A stretch of 64,000 bases of DNA from Nannocystales bacterium (GTDB taxonomy: Bacteria > Myxococcota_A > Polyangia > Nannocystales > Nannocystaceae): positions 19,409 through 83,408 of the forward strand of contig JBOEGF010000063.1 of assembly GCA_050633305.1 (NCBI GenBank). The letters are read 5' to 3'. The position numbers and the translations under genes were made by a program. Within the stretch, counting starts at the first letter, position 1, and the number at the start of each line of letters is the position of its first letter. Of this stretch, positions 30,041 to 39,873 are shown one piece after another. The notes beneath the pieces are model-generated. The model saw only the letters and a program-made list of their open reading frames with translations, was not told the DNA's origin and did no database searches.

Positions 30041-30324
30041 AGGAGCATCGTACCAATGCAGACCCAGCGACTCCGCGTGGCAGTAGAACGGCGGCCGGCC
30101 GGACGACGACGGCAAGCAAAGATGTCAGAGTGTCCCGCTCGGTCACAGCCGAACCGCGATGTGGACGATCACCCACGGCAGTCGTGTCGTGCAGTCCCGC
30201 GCCTGGTGACGATCGACGACCGGCCCGGCTGTGGTATCTGAGTCTTGGCCCACGCCCGGTTCATCCCGCCCCCCCGCTTTCACTCGGTCTAGGCCAAGAA
30301 CGCTGATAACACCATCGGGTCCTC

Positions 30325-32775
30325 ATGCCGCTGGCGATGCTCGATCCGATCACTCTTTGTCGTGCCCTAATTCTGCGCTCTCGCAGAGTCCCGGCGGTGC
30401 TCGCAATTCTCGCAGTCGGTGTTTTCTCGTCGACCAGCCAAGCGGGAGAACACGAGCCCGTGCCCGAGAACGATGCCGTCGACGTCGACCTCTCGGACTT
30501 CGACCCGGACGCGGATGACCGCGACGCTGACGGTGCGAGCCCCGAGGCCCCGGATGACCCGGCGGACTCCAATGCGACCAACACACCGGATCGCCCAGAT
30601 GCAGCGACCTCCCCGGCAGACGCCGAGGACGAAGACAACGAATTCGATGCCGCCACGCCCACGGTTTCGATCATCGGCGAGCCGGAAGAGCAGCCACGGA
30701 TCGTTGGTTCGGCGCACTCGGTCGACGAGGAGACTCTCGAGCGGGAGGAACACGACGACATCCACAGGGTCCTGCGCTCGGTCCCCGGCGTGTACGTGCG
30801 CGGCGAGGATGGCTACGGGTTGCGCCCCAACATCGGCCTGCGTGGCGCCGACCCCAACCGCAGCTCTAAAGTCACCCTCATGGAGGACGGGATCCTGTTT
30901 GGGCCCGCCCCCTACTCCGCACCCGCGGCCTACTACTTCCCCATGACGACAAGGCTCGTCGGCGTCGAGGTCTTCAAAGGCCCAGCGACGGTCCGCTTCG
31001 GCCCGAACACAATCGGCGGGGCCGTCAACCTCCAGACCCGGGAAATCCCTCAGGACCTCGAGACGGGCGTCGATATCGCCGCCGGCACATGGGGTTACGG
31101 CAAGCTGCACGGCTTCGCTGGCAAGAGCTGGAAGCGCTTCGGCGTCCTCTTCGAAGGCGCCCGAGTTCGCGCAAGTGGGTTCAAGGACCTCGACGGGGGC
31201 GGCGATACCGGCTTCCGCAAGAACGAGTTCATGCTCAAAGCGCGACTGCACGGCGACCCCGGCGCACGCGTGTATCAGCAGTTCGACGTGAAGTTTGGGC
31301 TCTCGACCGAGGTCTCCAACGAGACCTATCTCGGGCTGACACAAGAAGACTTCGACGACAGCCCCTACCGTCGCTACCGGGCCTCTGCACTGGACCGCAT
31401 GGACTGGTGGCGCACCCAAGCGCAGGCCGCGTACTTCATGGCGACCGGCATCGTCGAGTACCAGAGCACCTTGTATCGGCACGACTTCTCGCGCGCCTGG
31501 ACCAAGTTCAACCGCTTCGCCGGGACGACGGCCCCCGACCCATACTCGTTCTTTCAAGACCCCAGCGCGGGCGCCAACGGGATCCTGCTGTCTGTCCTCC
31601 GGGGCGAGTCCGACTCGACCAGCGCAGAGGAGAACCTGCTCATCGGCACCAACCAGCGGGACTTCGTCTCGCAGGGTTGGCAGAACACGCTCCGCATCTC
31701 GCCGAACACTCGGTACGTGGACCAGGTGATCGAGGTCGGCGCTCGCCTTCACTTCGACCGCGTCTCCCGGATCGAGGATGAGGACCAGTACGCGATGCTC
31801 AGCGGCTCTCCGGTGCTCGTGACGGGCACCCAGCAGCTCGTCGCCCAGAACCGAGGAGAGGCCCTCGCCGGCTCTTTTCACGTCGCGGACGAAATCCGCA
31901 TCGTCGACCGGTTTACGCTCAGCCCCGGCGCCCGGGTCGAGGTGATCCGTACCGAGTTCCAAGACACCGCGCCGGACCCGGCCGTCGACCCGGAGACCAT
32001 CACCTCCGTGGACACAGTGTTCCTTCCCGGCGTCGGGCTCCACGTCCAGGCGACCCCGTGGCTTGGCGTGCTGGGCGGGGTGCACTCGGGCTTCTCCCCC
32101 AAGGCGCCAGGCCGCGGCGCCTCCGTGCAAGCCGAGCGCAGCATCAACTACGAGGCAGGGCTTCGAGCCACGCACAAGGGGTTTCGCGCCGAGGGCATCG
32201 CGTTCGCCAACGACTACTCCAATCTCGTCAGCAACTGCACGTTCTCGCAAGGATGTGATTCCGCCGAAGTCGGAGCGCAGTTCAGCGGCGGCGAAGTCCT
32301 CATCGCCGGCGCCGAGTCGCTGGCTGGTTATCGAACCGACCTCGGCGGCGCCGGTTGGATCGACACCACCGCGACCTATACCTATACGTGGACGCGATTC
32401 TCCAACACGTTCTCATCTTCCAGCCCGTTCTTGGGCGAGGTCGAACGTGGCGACAAGGTGCCGTACGTTCCGGAGCATGTCGCGTCCCTGCAATTCGCCG
32501 GGGGCATGCGGCGCTGGGGCGGCCACGCGCAGCTCCACTTCAACGGGCAGATGAGAGACGTCCCCGGGCAAGGCGCAATCCCATCCCAAGAGCGGATCGA
32601 TCGGTTCGTCACCCTCGATCTTGGCGGCAACGTCTTCATCACCCGCCGAGCGCAGATCTATCTCAACCTTGGGAACGCCACCCGTGCCAGCTACGCGGTC
32701 TCACGACGACCGTTCGGGCTGCGGCCCGGGCAGCGCTTCTCGCTGATCGCCGGCTTCAAGCACAACTTCAGGTGA
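30325..32775 (+). CDS. TonB-dependent receptor (FecA-like)
   Basis: Plug VPGVYVRGEDGYGLRPNIGLRG, EVFKGP..RFGPNTIGGAVN, beta-barrel pattern. Start uncertain. Confidence 0.9.
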   Translation: MPLAMLDPITLCRALILRSRRVPAVLAILAVGVFSSTSQAGEHEPVPENDAVDVDLSDFDPDADDRDADGASPEAPDDPADSNATNTPDRPDAATSPADAEDEDNEFDAATPTVSIIGEPEEQPRIVGSAHSVDEETLEREEHDDIHRVLRSVPGVYVRGEDGYGLRPNIGLRGADPNRSSKVTLMEDGILFGPAPYSAPAAYYFPMTTRLVGVEVFKGPATVRFGPNTIGGAVNLQTREIPQDLETGVDIAAGTWGYGKLHGFAGKSWKRFGVLFEGARVRASGFKDLDGGGDTGFRKNEFMLKARLHGDPGARVYQQFDVKFGLSTEVSNETYLGLTQEDFDDSPYRRYRASALDRMDWWRTQAQAAYFMATGIVEYQSTLYRHDFSRAWTKFNRFAGTTAPDPYSFFQDPSAGANGILLSVLRGESDSTSAEENLLIGTNQRDFVSQGWQNTLRISPNTRYVDQVIEVGARLHFDRVSRIEDEDQYAMLSGSPVLVTGTQQLVAQNRGEALAGSFHVADEIRIVDRFTLSPGARVEVIRTEFQDTAPDPAVDPETITSVDTVFLPGVGLHVQATPWLGVLGGVHSGFSPKAPGRGASVQAERSINYEAGLRATHKGFRAEGIAFANDYSNLVSNCTFSQGCDSAEVGAQFSGGEVLIAGAESLAGYRTDLGGAGWIDTTATYTYTWTRFSNTFSSSSPFLGEVERGDKVPYVPEHVASLQFAGGMRRWGGHAQLHFNGQMRDVPGQGAIPSQERIDRFVTLDLGGNVFITRRAQIYLNLGNATRASYAVSRRPFGLRPGQRFSLIAGFKHNFR

Positions 32776-32897
32776 GCGTCCGGGACCCCCTGGGTCACTC
32801 GCAGTCGATGCCGTCGCGCGAGATGACGGGTCGGGACCACATCGGTCCGAAAAGGTGCGAGCACCACCGGCGAAGCGCTCCTGAATCCCTAGAAGGC

Positions 32898-33105
32898 GTG
32901 CGTCGAGCTGGCCGATGTCGGAGAAGACTGCCGCTTTCTCGATGGCGCGCTGGGCTGTCCCCGGCCGCGTAGTGCGGCGAGCAGCAATACGAAATCCCGC
33001 TGGAGGGTGGTGCAGCCCGCAGCATGCCCAGGGATGAATGCGCGCTGGGAAGCAGCTGCCAGGAGGGCGTCTGCGCCGAGACCGACGCCGAGCCGAGCTG
33101 ACCGC
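32898..33105 (+). pseudogene. C-terminal fragment of Cys-rich lipoprotein
   Basis: CVELADVGEDCRFLDGALGC... About 205 bp similar to 34249-34454 and to the C-terminus of 35569..36525. Confidence 0.6.
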
Positions 33106-33133
33106 AAGTACCGAGGAGGTGCCAGCCTCGCTT

Positions 33134-33664
33134 CTAGGCATCCCATTCCGAAGCGCTTCCGCACTTCAGCATCGACTTGCCCATGTAGGGGTTCTCAAGG
33201 TTCGCGTCGCGCTGAACCCACTTGCCGTAGGCCGGTGCCATCGGGCACTCGAAGACGTGGAGGGTCTGGCGAAGCTCTGAGTGTTTGGACAGAGCGCTGA
33301 TCAACGCGTGGCTAACACCTCCAAATGCCTTACGCACGGCATCCGCATCGCCGGAGGGGGCCTTCGCAAGCGACTCCGATGCGGATGCCAGAGCGTCCAA
33401 CGACGCCGTCCTCGCGGCACTGCGAAGTGCCGATGCACCCGAGGTCGCCATACCCAAATCGTCCCCGGCCAGTGCGGCCCGGACGCTCTCGTACGCATCG
33501 ACGACCGGCTCCAGCTCTAGCTCCGCTTCTGCCTTGGTCTCGGTGACTTCCGCATCCTTTTCGCTCCTCGTAGCGGATTCCTTGTCGCAACCGGCGGTGA
33601 GAACGAGTGACGTGGCGAAGATGATGTTCGGGATAGACCACGTTGACTTCCTTTGAGCGGACAT
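33134..33664 (-). CDS. DUF3347-type heavy-metal-binding lipoprotein
   Basis: Lipobox TAGC and FECPMA...WVQ...NPYMGKSMLKCG. Confidence 0.8.
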   Translation of the reverse strand: MSAQRKSTWSIPNIIFATSLVLTAGCDKESATRSEKDAEVTETKAEAELELEPVVDAYESVRAALAGDDLGMATSGASALRSAARTASLDALASASESLAKAPSGDADAVRKAFGGVSHALISALSKHSELRQTLHVFECPMAPAYGKWVQRDANLENPYMGKSMLKCGSASEWDA

Positions 33665-33702
33665 GCGACAACATGTCGCATGCTGGCCTGCCTCGCAACC
33701 GC
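33662..33702 (-). promoter_or_regulatory. Promoter with palindromic operator (copy 1)
   Basis: TTGCGA-N17-CATGTT, with CATGCGACA-aca-TGTCGCATG over the -10 and start codon. Confidence 0.7.
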
Positions 33703-33849
33703 GGCCATCGATGCAGGTCGCACGCCGCTCCGTGGAGGCTCTTGTCGAAAAACCTCCAATCAAATCGGAGCGCACACAAGAATCCGCAGATCGAAGCTTT
33801 GGGAGTAGCTGGGACGCAGTGACTCGAAGTGTGGCAGCACGGCGCATCC

Positions 33850-34460
33850 GTTGGCGCCGCAATACTGCCGTAGCGACTCCGCAAGCGGCAGAGCACCGCG
33901 CCTCGCATGGGTCGACTCGCCTGAGCCACGCTCCAATCTCGGCGTCGGCGAGGACTGCCGACCCGAGGGCCTAGGCGAGAGCCACTCCGATCTCTGCAGC
34001 CCAAGAGGATTCGTGTCCGACTGCGAGCCGGGTCTCGTCTGCGTTAGCTTCCATGGCGGTGCGGCTTGCGCGACGCCGGGACCACTCCAAGCCGGAGACG
34101 TTTTGCGACGACCTCTCGCTGACTCGGCGGTGCGGGGACAGCCTCATGTGCGGTGACCGCTTCGAATGTGTTCCCCTCTCAGGGCTGGGAGAGGCTGCGA
34201 GGACATCCGCTGCAGCGACGACCGGACCTGTCGCCCGGTCGACAAGTTGTGCGTCGAGCTGGCCGAACTCGGAGAGGACTGCCGCTTCCCCGATGGCGCG
34301 CTGCGCTGTGTCCAGACCGCGTGGTGCGGCGCCGAGTAGTGCGAGGTCCCGCTTGAGGATGGCGCAGCCTGCAGTACGTCCCGGGATGGGTGCACGCTCG
34401 GAAGCTGCTGCCAGGAGGGCGTAGTGCCGAGACCGACGATGAGCCGATCTGCCCGCAGAA
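33850..34460 (+). pseudogene. Degenerate Cys-rich lipoprotein paralog
   Basis: NLGVGEDCRP...CEPGLVCVSFHGGAAC...RRCGDSLMC...CVELAELGEDCRFPD, with frameshifts and TAG stops. Parallels 35569..36525. Confidence 0.65.
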
Positions 34461-34484
34461 ACCGAGGACGTACCAACCCGGATT

Positions 34485-35270
34485 CTAGCACTCGGCGAGG
34501 CCGAGCTCTCCCCAGGCGTGGGCGCAGTTGTGATCCGCAAGCGCCGGGTTACCGGCGACGGACTCGCAGAACCCCTGCCAACACGAAATCTCTTCTGCGG
34601 TTCGGGTGGCACACTCGGTGTGGCAGGCGTCCGAGGACTCGAACGGGTAGCCGACCACCGCCGAACATGCCGGCTCGAGGCAGGCGCACCAGTCCAGGCA
34701 TTCCTGGGACACGTCATCGCCACCCGAGGATGAGGAGGACGCATCGGACCCGGTTGTCGGAGGGTCGCCCCCGCTGCTGCCAGTGTCCGCACCCGACGTG
34801 GCGGCTCCGGTGCTTCCGGCGCTCGGATCGCCGGTGGCTTCGGTCCCCGCGTCGCCGGTACTGCCTCCTTGTCCGGAAGTCTCGGTGAGGCTTGTCGTCC
34901 CGGGCGCGCCGCTGCAGGTGGGTGCGGTTCCCTCGTGAAGCCGAAGGACGTGGTCGCGCGTGCCCAGCATGCCCATCTCGTCCAAGATGTCGGAGAACGC
35001 GGGCATCCCGTTGGCCGGTCGCCCATCACGAACCGCCGCCATCCATTCGGCCTCCGACGGATGCAGCTCTCCCGCTGCCAGGAGGTTCGTGGGTGGCGGT
35101 TCCAGGTGCGTCCCGTGCGGGCCATCGCCGTGGCCCGCCACGCCGTGACACCCCACGCAGTTCTCTGCGTACAGCTCACAGTCGCGCTGCGCGGCAGCGA
35201 GATCGACATCGTCGGAGGAGGTCGTGCAGCCGACCGTCACAAGCGCACAGAACAGAAGCCACCGGGTCAT
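34485..35270 (-). CDS. Cytochrome c lipoprotein with Cys-rich C-terminal domain
   Basis: Lipobox TVGC, CVGCHG..GHGDG, GMPAF, Ser/Thr linker, C-terminal CAHAWG. Confidence 0.8.
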   Translation of the reverse strand: MTRWLLFCALVTVGCTTSSDDVDLAAAQRDCELYAENCVGCHGVAGHGDGPHGTHLEPPPTNLLAAGELHPSEAEWMAAVRDGRPANGMPAFSDILDEMGMLGTRDHVLRLHEGTAPTCSGAPGTTSLTETSGQGGSTGDAGTEATGDPSAGSTGAATSGADTGSSGGDPPTTGSDASSSSSGGDDVSQECLDWCACLEPACSAVVGYPFESSDACHTECATRTAEEISCWQGFCESVAGNPALADHNCAHAWGELGLAEC

Positions 35271-35568
35271 GAGCGATGAGTATCGCGCCGGCAGAAGATG
35301 CGCAGCCCTGCGGCGAAGCGGTGGACCATCCACTTGCCTTTCGATGCGCTTCAGTGGCCCTGGGTTGAGGCCAAGATTGAGCCCCGGACGCGAACCACGG
35401 GAATCTCGCTGAAACGGAACCGGACTGTGTTGTGTCGCGAGCGCGGTCTCCGATGCGAGACGGGACATCCAGGTCGTTGGATCAGGCGACAAGGTCGTGT
35501 GCATTCGCACGGTGCAAGATAGACACTAGGCAGTAGGCGGTGGTGCGATCCTTGCATCGATCCGCCCC

Positions 35569-36525
35569 GTGCGATTCCGTGTTCTGGCCGCGACCCTGAC
35601 TTCGTCCCTCCTTGCGGTCACCGGATGTGCCGGCGAAACCGAGACCGACGATGTGCGCGGACTGGCCGCTGCGATGTGTGGCCGCTACTTCGGCTGCGGC
35701 TGTGACGCGGAGTTCGACCAAGCCACCTGCGAAGCAGGGCACGAGCGCTCGCTCTTGGCCCTCGAAGAACGAGCCGCGGAGTCACCAGACGCCGAGGTCG
35801 ATGCGGAGTGCTTGCGGGAGCAGGCACGGTGCTGGCAGCAGACCGAGTGTGGGGTTGGGGCTGATGACCCGCGACCGTGCGAGGTGGACTGCGTGGTGTT
35901 CCGCCTGAACCTTGGACCGGGTGAAAACTGCCGGTTGCCGACGGAGTCTTCGGGCTTCGAGGCACTCGTCTCGACGTGCAGAGATGGGCTGACCTGTCAG
36001 GGCGGGCACGGCTACGCGGTCTGCGACGACGAGACCCCGCTCGCACAGGGGGATGCCTGCGATGAGCGCGGAGGCCACCGGCGCTGCGGGCCCGGTCTGT
36101 TCTGCGACGATGACGGCGTTGGCCAGTGCGTCGCCTCCCTCGAACTCGAAGAGGGCAGTGCGTGCGCCTCGGGCAACAGCTGTGCCGCCGGACTGACTTG
36201 CGCTGAAGAAACCTGCCGGGCGCCAAGGGGCGAGGGCGAGAGTTGCATGGGCACCCCCTGCGCCTCCGAACTCACCTGTCACCCGGATCAACAGACGTGC
36301 GTTGCGCCGCTGAGCCTGGGGCAAACATGTCGCTTCCCCGACGCGTACAACCTCCCCTGCATCTCGGAAACCTATTGCGGTGACGAGGTCTGCGAGCTTC
36401 GCGAGGCCGTGGGCTCCCCGTGCGAGGGCTGGTTTGACAGCAGATGCGTGCAAGGCAGCTACTGCGATGACGGAGCCTGTACGCCTATCGACCGCGTGTG
36501 CTCTTCCCTTCCAGCCCCGTACTGA
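35569..36525 (+). CDS. Cys-rich repeat lipoprotein
   Basis: Lipobox VTGC and repeated G..C....C..GL.C modules. Confidence 0.8.
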   Translation: MRFRVLAATLTSSLLAVTGCAGETETDDVRGLAAAMCGRYFGCGCDAEFDQATCEAGHERSLLALEERAAESPDAEVDAECLREQARCWQQTECGVGADDPRPCEVDCVVFRLNLGPGENCRLPTESSGFEALVSTCRDGLTCQGGHGYAVCDDETPLAQGDACDERGGHRRCGPGLFCDDDGVGQCVASLELEEGSACASGNSCAAGLTCAEETCRAPRGEGESCMGTPCASELTCHPDQQTCVAPLSLGQTCRFPDAYNLPCISETYCGDEVCELREAVGSPCEGWFDSRCVQGSYCDDGACTPIDRVCSSLPAPY

Positions 36526-36653
36526 GAACGCTAGCCCTGCCCCGGACGACGGCTCCCCTTCCCTGCTCCCCGAGACATCGTTCACAAAAAACGCACGTTC
36601 GCGTGCGGGAGAAACGAATTCCCAAGTCGCTGGTCCTCCCCCACCCTACAGAC

Positions 36654-37340
36654 ATGGTGCCCCGTGCGTTGCTGATGTTGAGTGCTGCGATGGGGATTGC
36701 GTGCGGACCCGCCGTCTCCACGCCGAAAGGGGCACACGCTGACGGGACGTCGGACGGAGCCGGTTCGAGCACCGGCGGGTCCGACTCCTGGTCCGACAGC
36801 TCCTCGGACTCGGGCAGTCTCGGGGACTGGGACTGGTCACCGGAGTGCATCGCGGGGCTCGAGGCTGGGCCCGCGGATGCCGAGCAAGCCGCCCAGCTTC
36901 TCTTTCGGCTGCTCGACGAGGCGCGACACCACACCCAACGCGTGCAGGAGCGCGTGGCGGTGAGCGACGGACTTGGCACGGACCCACACGCGTACAACGA
37001 TCCGATCACCTTCTTCTCGGGGTCTCTGCGCGCGACCGGTTCGATCACAATCGAGCCGTTCGGGAGCTTCGCGTCCGCGCACACGATCGAGTTCTCCTGC
37101 TACGATGGTGGGCACGGCGCCTTCGGTCCCAGCGGCTTGGACGGTCGTCTCGAGATCGTGGTGGAGGGCGTCACCAACGTCGCCGACGCTCGGGTCTCGG
37201 TGGCCGGAGCCGCGCGGCTGGGCGGAGGGGATGCGTTGGAGCCGACGTCGCCCATGGATATCGTGGTGGAGTTCTCCACGTTCTCCGGCCGCGAGGTGGT
37301 CAGCGGAACGATCGCCGGCCACGACGCCGCCGCGCTGTAG
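36654..37340 (+). CDS. Hypothetical lipoprotein (CYxGGHG family)
   Basis: Lipobox GIAC, Ser-rich linker, FSCYDGGHGAFGPSGLDG. Paralog at 39.1-39.9 kb. Confidence 0.7.
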   Translation: MVPRALLMLSAAMGIACGPAVSTPKGAHADGTSDGAGSSTGGSDSWSDSSSDSGSLGDWDWSPECIAGLEAGPADAEQAAQLLFRLLDEARHHTQRVQERVAVSDGLGTDPHAYNDPITFFSGSLRATGSITIEPFGSFASAHTIEFSCYDGGHGAFGPSGLDGRLEIVVEGVTNVADARVSVAGAARLGGGDALEPTSPMDIVVEFSTFSGREVVSGTIAGHDAAAL

Positions 37341-37419
37341 GCTCGTCTTGCCCATCGCGAGTGGCGCGGTCGCGGCACCCAGATCGTCGTAGAGCCTCCA
37401 GGAACACGGCGATGTGTGC

Positions 37420-38901
37420 TCAGCTCCGCGAGGGCGCCCAATCGTCGTCGTGGACCTCGACGAGCGTCATCATGCCCGACTCGGCGTGCTCCAGAATGTG
37501 GCAGTGGACCATCCACTTGCCGATATCGGTCGGGACCATGCCGAGGTCGACGGTCTCGCGCCCTCGGACAAGCACGGTGTCTCGGAAGAAGGGTTCATCC
37601 ACCGGCACACCGTTGCGCGCGAGCACCCGGAAGAACGTTCCGTGCATGTGGATCGGATGCAGACGGCCTGACTCGTTGGAGAACCGCACCCGATGAAAGC
37701 GGTGCCGGACGAGGTCTATCGAGATCGTGTGTGCGTCGTGCCCGGTGAAGGGCTGGTTGTCGAACATCCACTCGATGCCGTGCTCTCCTCCGCGCCGTGC
37801 ATTCATCCGGTAGTCATGGTGCACGGGCTGTTCGAGTCCCCCTGTCCAACGGGGCACATGTGCGGCGGCCGGCGATTCGAACTGCGGCGTGTCGACCGGC
37901 TCGCCATCGATCTCGATCGACCCGAGCACATGTGGCCGTGAGGGCGAGAATAGATCCGAGACCGGGACCCGTTCGCTCACCAGATCGAACGTGATGTCGA
38001 CGTCGAGCCGGTTGCCCGGTGCCATCTCGAACCGGGGCATCTCGATCGGCGCGCGTAGATACTTGCCATCGACCGCGAGCAGTTTGGGCCGCAGCGACCC
38101 GAAGTGCGGCACCACGGCGCGTCCGTTGGCGCAGTTGAGCATCCGCAAGCGAATACGCTCGCCCGGACGGACCCGGAGCACCTCGTCGCTGCGTCCGTTG
38201 ACCGTCCGCATGCGCCCCCATCGCCCGTCGTGTGCGAGGTCGTGCCGCGTGTTGAACTTTCCATCGATCTGCCCCGTGGGATCGAGGCGCCAATCGTCGA
38301 GGACCCACAGCACGTCCTGCGAATACGGGTCGGGGACGGGATCCTCGACGATCAACACCCCGACCAGGCCGCGCTCGACCTGCTCGCTGCCGCGCACGTG
38401 CGGGTGGAACCAGTAGGTGCCGGCATCCTTCGGTGTGAACTCGTAGTCGAACGTCCCGCCAGGTTCGACCGGCGGCTGCGTGACATGGGGGACGCCATCC
38501 ATCGCGTTGGGGACCCGCACCCCATGCCAATGGATCGTCGTCGACATCGGCAGCCGATTGACGAAGCGAGCCTTGAGCGTGTCCCCAAGCCGGATCCGAA
38601 GCGTGGGACCGGGGACCTGACCGTTGTATGCCCACACCTGCATCGCAGGCTGCTCACCGACCTCAAGCGTGGTCGGCCCCGCGACGAGTTCCACCTCATG
38701 CACCCGGCCGGTCGCCGCCATCTCGTCTGGGTAGGCGCCCTGGAACTCGGCAAGCAGACGGTCCTGGGCGGTCAAGGCTCGCGCCGGGGCCGGACCCGGC
38801 GACGGCTGACCACACCCAATGGGCACAAGTGCGGCCCCAACAGCGGCGCTGAACCTTCTGCGCGTCCACGGCACGGCGACGCCGTCATCTCGCTCGCTCA
38901 T
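37420..38901 (-). CDS. Multicopper oxidase (three-domain)
   Basis: Tat-like TRRRF, HWHG, WFHPH, HPIHMHG, HCHILEHAESGM. Confidence 0.93.
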   Translation of the reverse strand: MSERDDGVAVPWTRRRFSAAVGAALVPIGCGQPSPGPAPARALTAQDRLLAEFQGAYPDEMAATGRVHEVELVAGPTTLEVGEQPAMQVWAYNGQVPGPTLRIRLGDTLKARFVNRLPMSTTIHWHGVRVPNAMDGVPHVTQPPVEPGGTFDYEFTPKDAGTYWFHPHVRGSEQVERGLVGVLIVEDPVPDPYSQDVLWVLDDWRLDPTGQIDGKFNTRHDLAHDGRWGRMRTVNGRSDEVLRVRPGERIRLRMLNCANGRAVVPHFGSLRPKLLAVDGKYLRAPIEMPRFEMAPGNRLDVDITFDLVSERVPVSDLFSPSRPHVLGSIEIDGEPVDTPQFESPAAAHVPRWTGGLEQPVHHDYRMNARRGGEHGIEWMFDNQPFTGHDAHTISIDLVRHRFHRVRFSNESGRLHPIHMHGTFFRVLARNGVPVDEPFFRDTVLVRGRETVDLGMVPTDIGKWMVHCHILEHAESGMMTLVEVHDDDWAPSRS

Positions 38902-39016
38902 GGCTCACTCCTGACCGGGGAGCTGCCCTCCGACAGCGCGCTCGAGATCCGCGAGTGCGATGAGGCCCCAGCATTTGAGCCGGCAGTCGGTTGTTTAGAG
39001 CGCTTCGTCACCATCC

Positions 39017-39057
39017 CATGCGACAATGTGTCGCATGCAACGACGGGATGCAACCGC
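39017..39057 (-). promoter_or_regulatory. Promoter with palindromic operator (copy 2)
   Basis: TTGCAT-N17-CACATT, with CATGCGACA-atg-TGTCGCATG. Same geometry as copy 1. Confidence 0.7.
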
Positions 39058-39078
39058 CAGACCCTGGGAAGCTCTGAC

Positions 39079-39858
39079 GATGTTCCACCACGCAGCGGTT
39101 CCGTCTTGGATTCGGCGTTGTGGTCCTGTTCTACGGCTGCGTCGGCCGCGACCTCGCGAGCGGCTCGGCTGGAGATGGCGGCGGCACGACCGACAACGCG
39201 ATGCCGCCGGGCTCGACGTCGGGGGCCGGAGTCTCGACCGACTTCAACGACGGGACCGGCCCATCCAGCCCAAGCGAGAGCGGCGTATCCAGCGGAGCAG
39301 AGACCGGCGACACAACCGACGACCGCCCGCCTCGCCCTCAACCGCCGCCACCCACATGGTCCGAGAAGCTGCCTCGATGGAATCGATGGCGAGCCCCTGG
39401 ACGCCCAACTCGCCACCCCGCTCCGATACCGGCTCGACGACGAACTCTCCCACCACGTAGAGCGAGTGCGAGTGCACGCGGCGACGCTGGTGACTCCGGG
39501 CTCCCACGAGTTCGACTACGACGACTCCACTGAGACCGATGGCTTGACGGCCACCGGCATGCTCACCATCGACGGTGCCGGAGTCGAAGCCCAGCATCGC
39601 CTGTACTTCCAATGCTACGCGGGCGGGCACGGAGGCTTCGGCCCCTCGGCGGTCGACGGCCTCGTCGATGTCACGATCCAGGCCCCGACGGGACGCGCCG
39701 ATACGTATGTCGTCACCGTGCTGGGCGAGGCCCGGCTCGGCGGCGGCACTGCGTTGAGTCCGAGCGTGCCAGCACTTGCCGGCTACACCGTCTTGTCGGA
39801 GGACCGGCAGAGGACGTACACCGAGATGCTCGGCCCGTTCGACGTCAGCACCTTGTAG
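39079..39858 (+). pseudogene. Frameshifted paralog of CYxGGHG lipoprotein
   Basis: VVVLFYGC lipobox frame shifts near 39365 (WSE/SCLDG) into FQCYAGGHGGFGPSAVDG...ARLGGG. Confidence 0.6.
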
Positions 39859-39873
39859 CGGACTGCGGGTCGT

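Noticed and set aside
30367..32250. Long antisense ORFs (627 aa here, also 8357..9724, 40758..42602, 45283..46833, 54217..55764)
   Set aside because: Shadow frames of well-supported genes in high-GC DNA, with no recognisable motifs.
38104..39360. 5' part of the 584-aa ORF 38104..39858
   Set aside because: It is antisense to the multicopper oxidase. Only the part after about 39365 matches the lipoprotein paralog.
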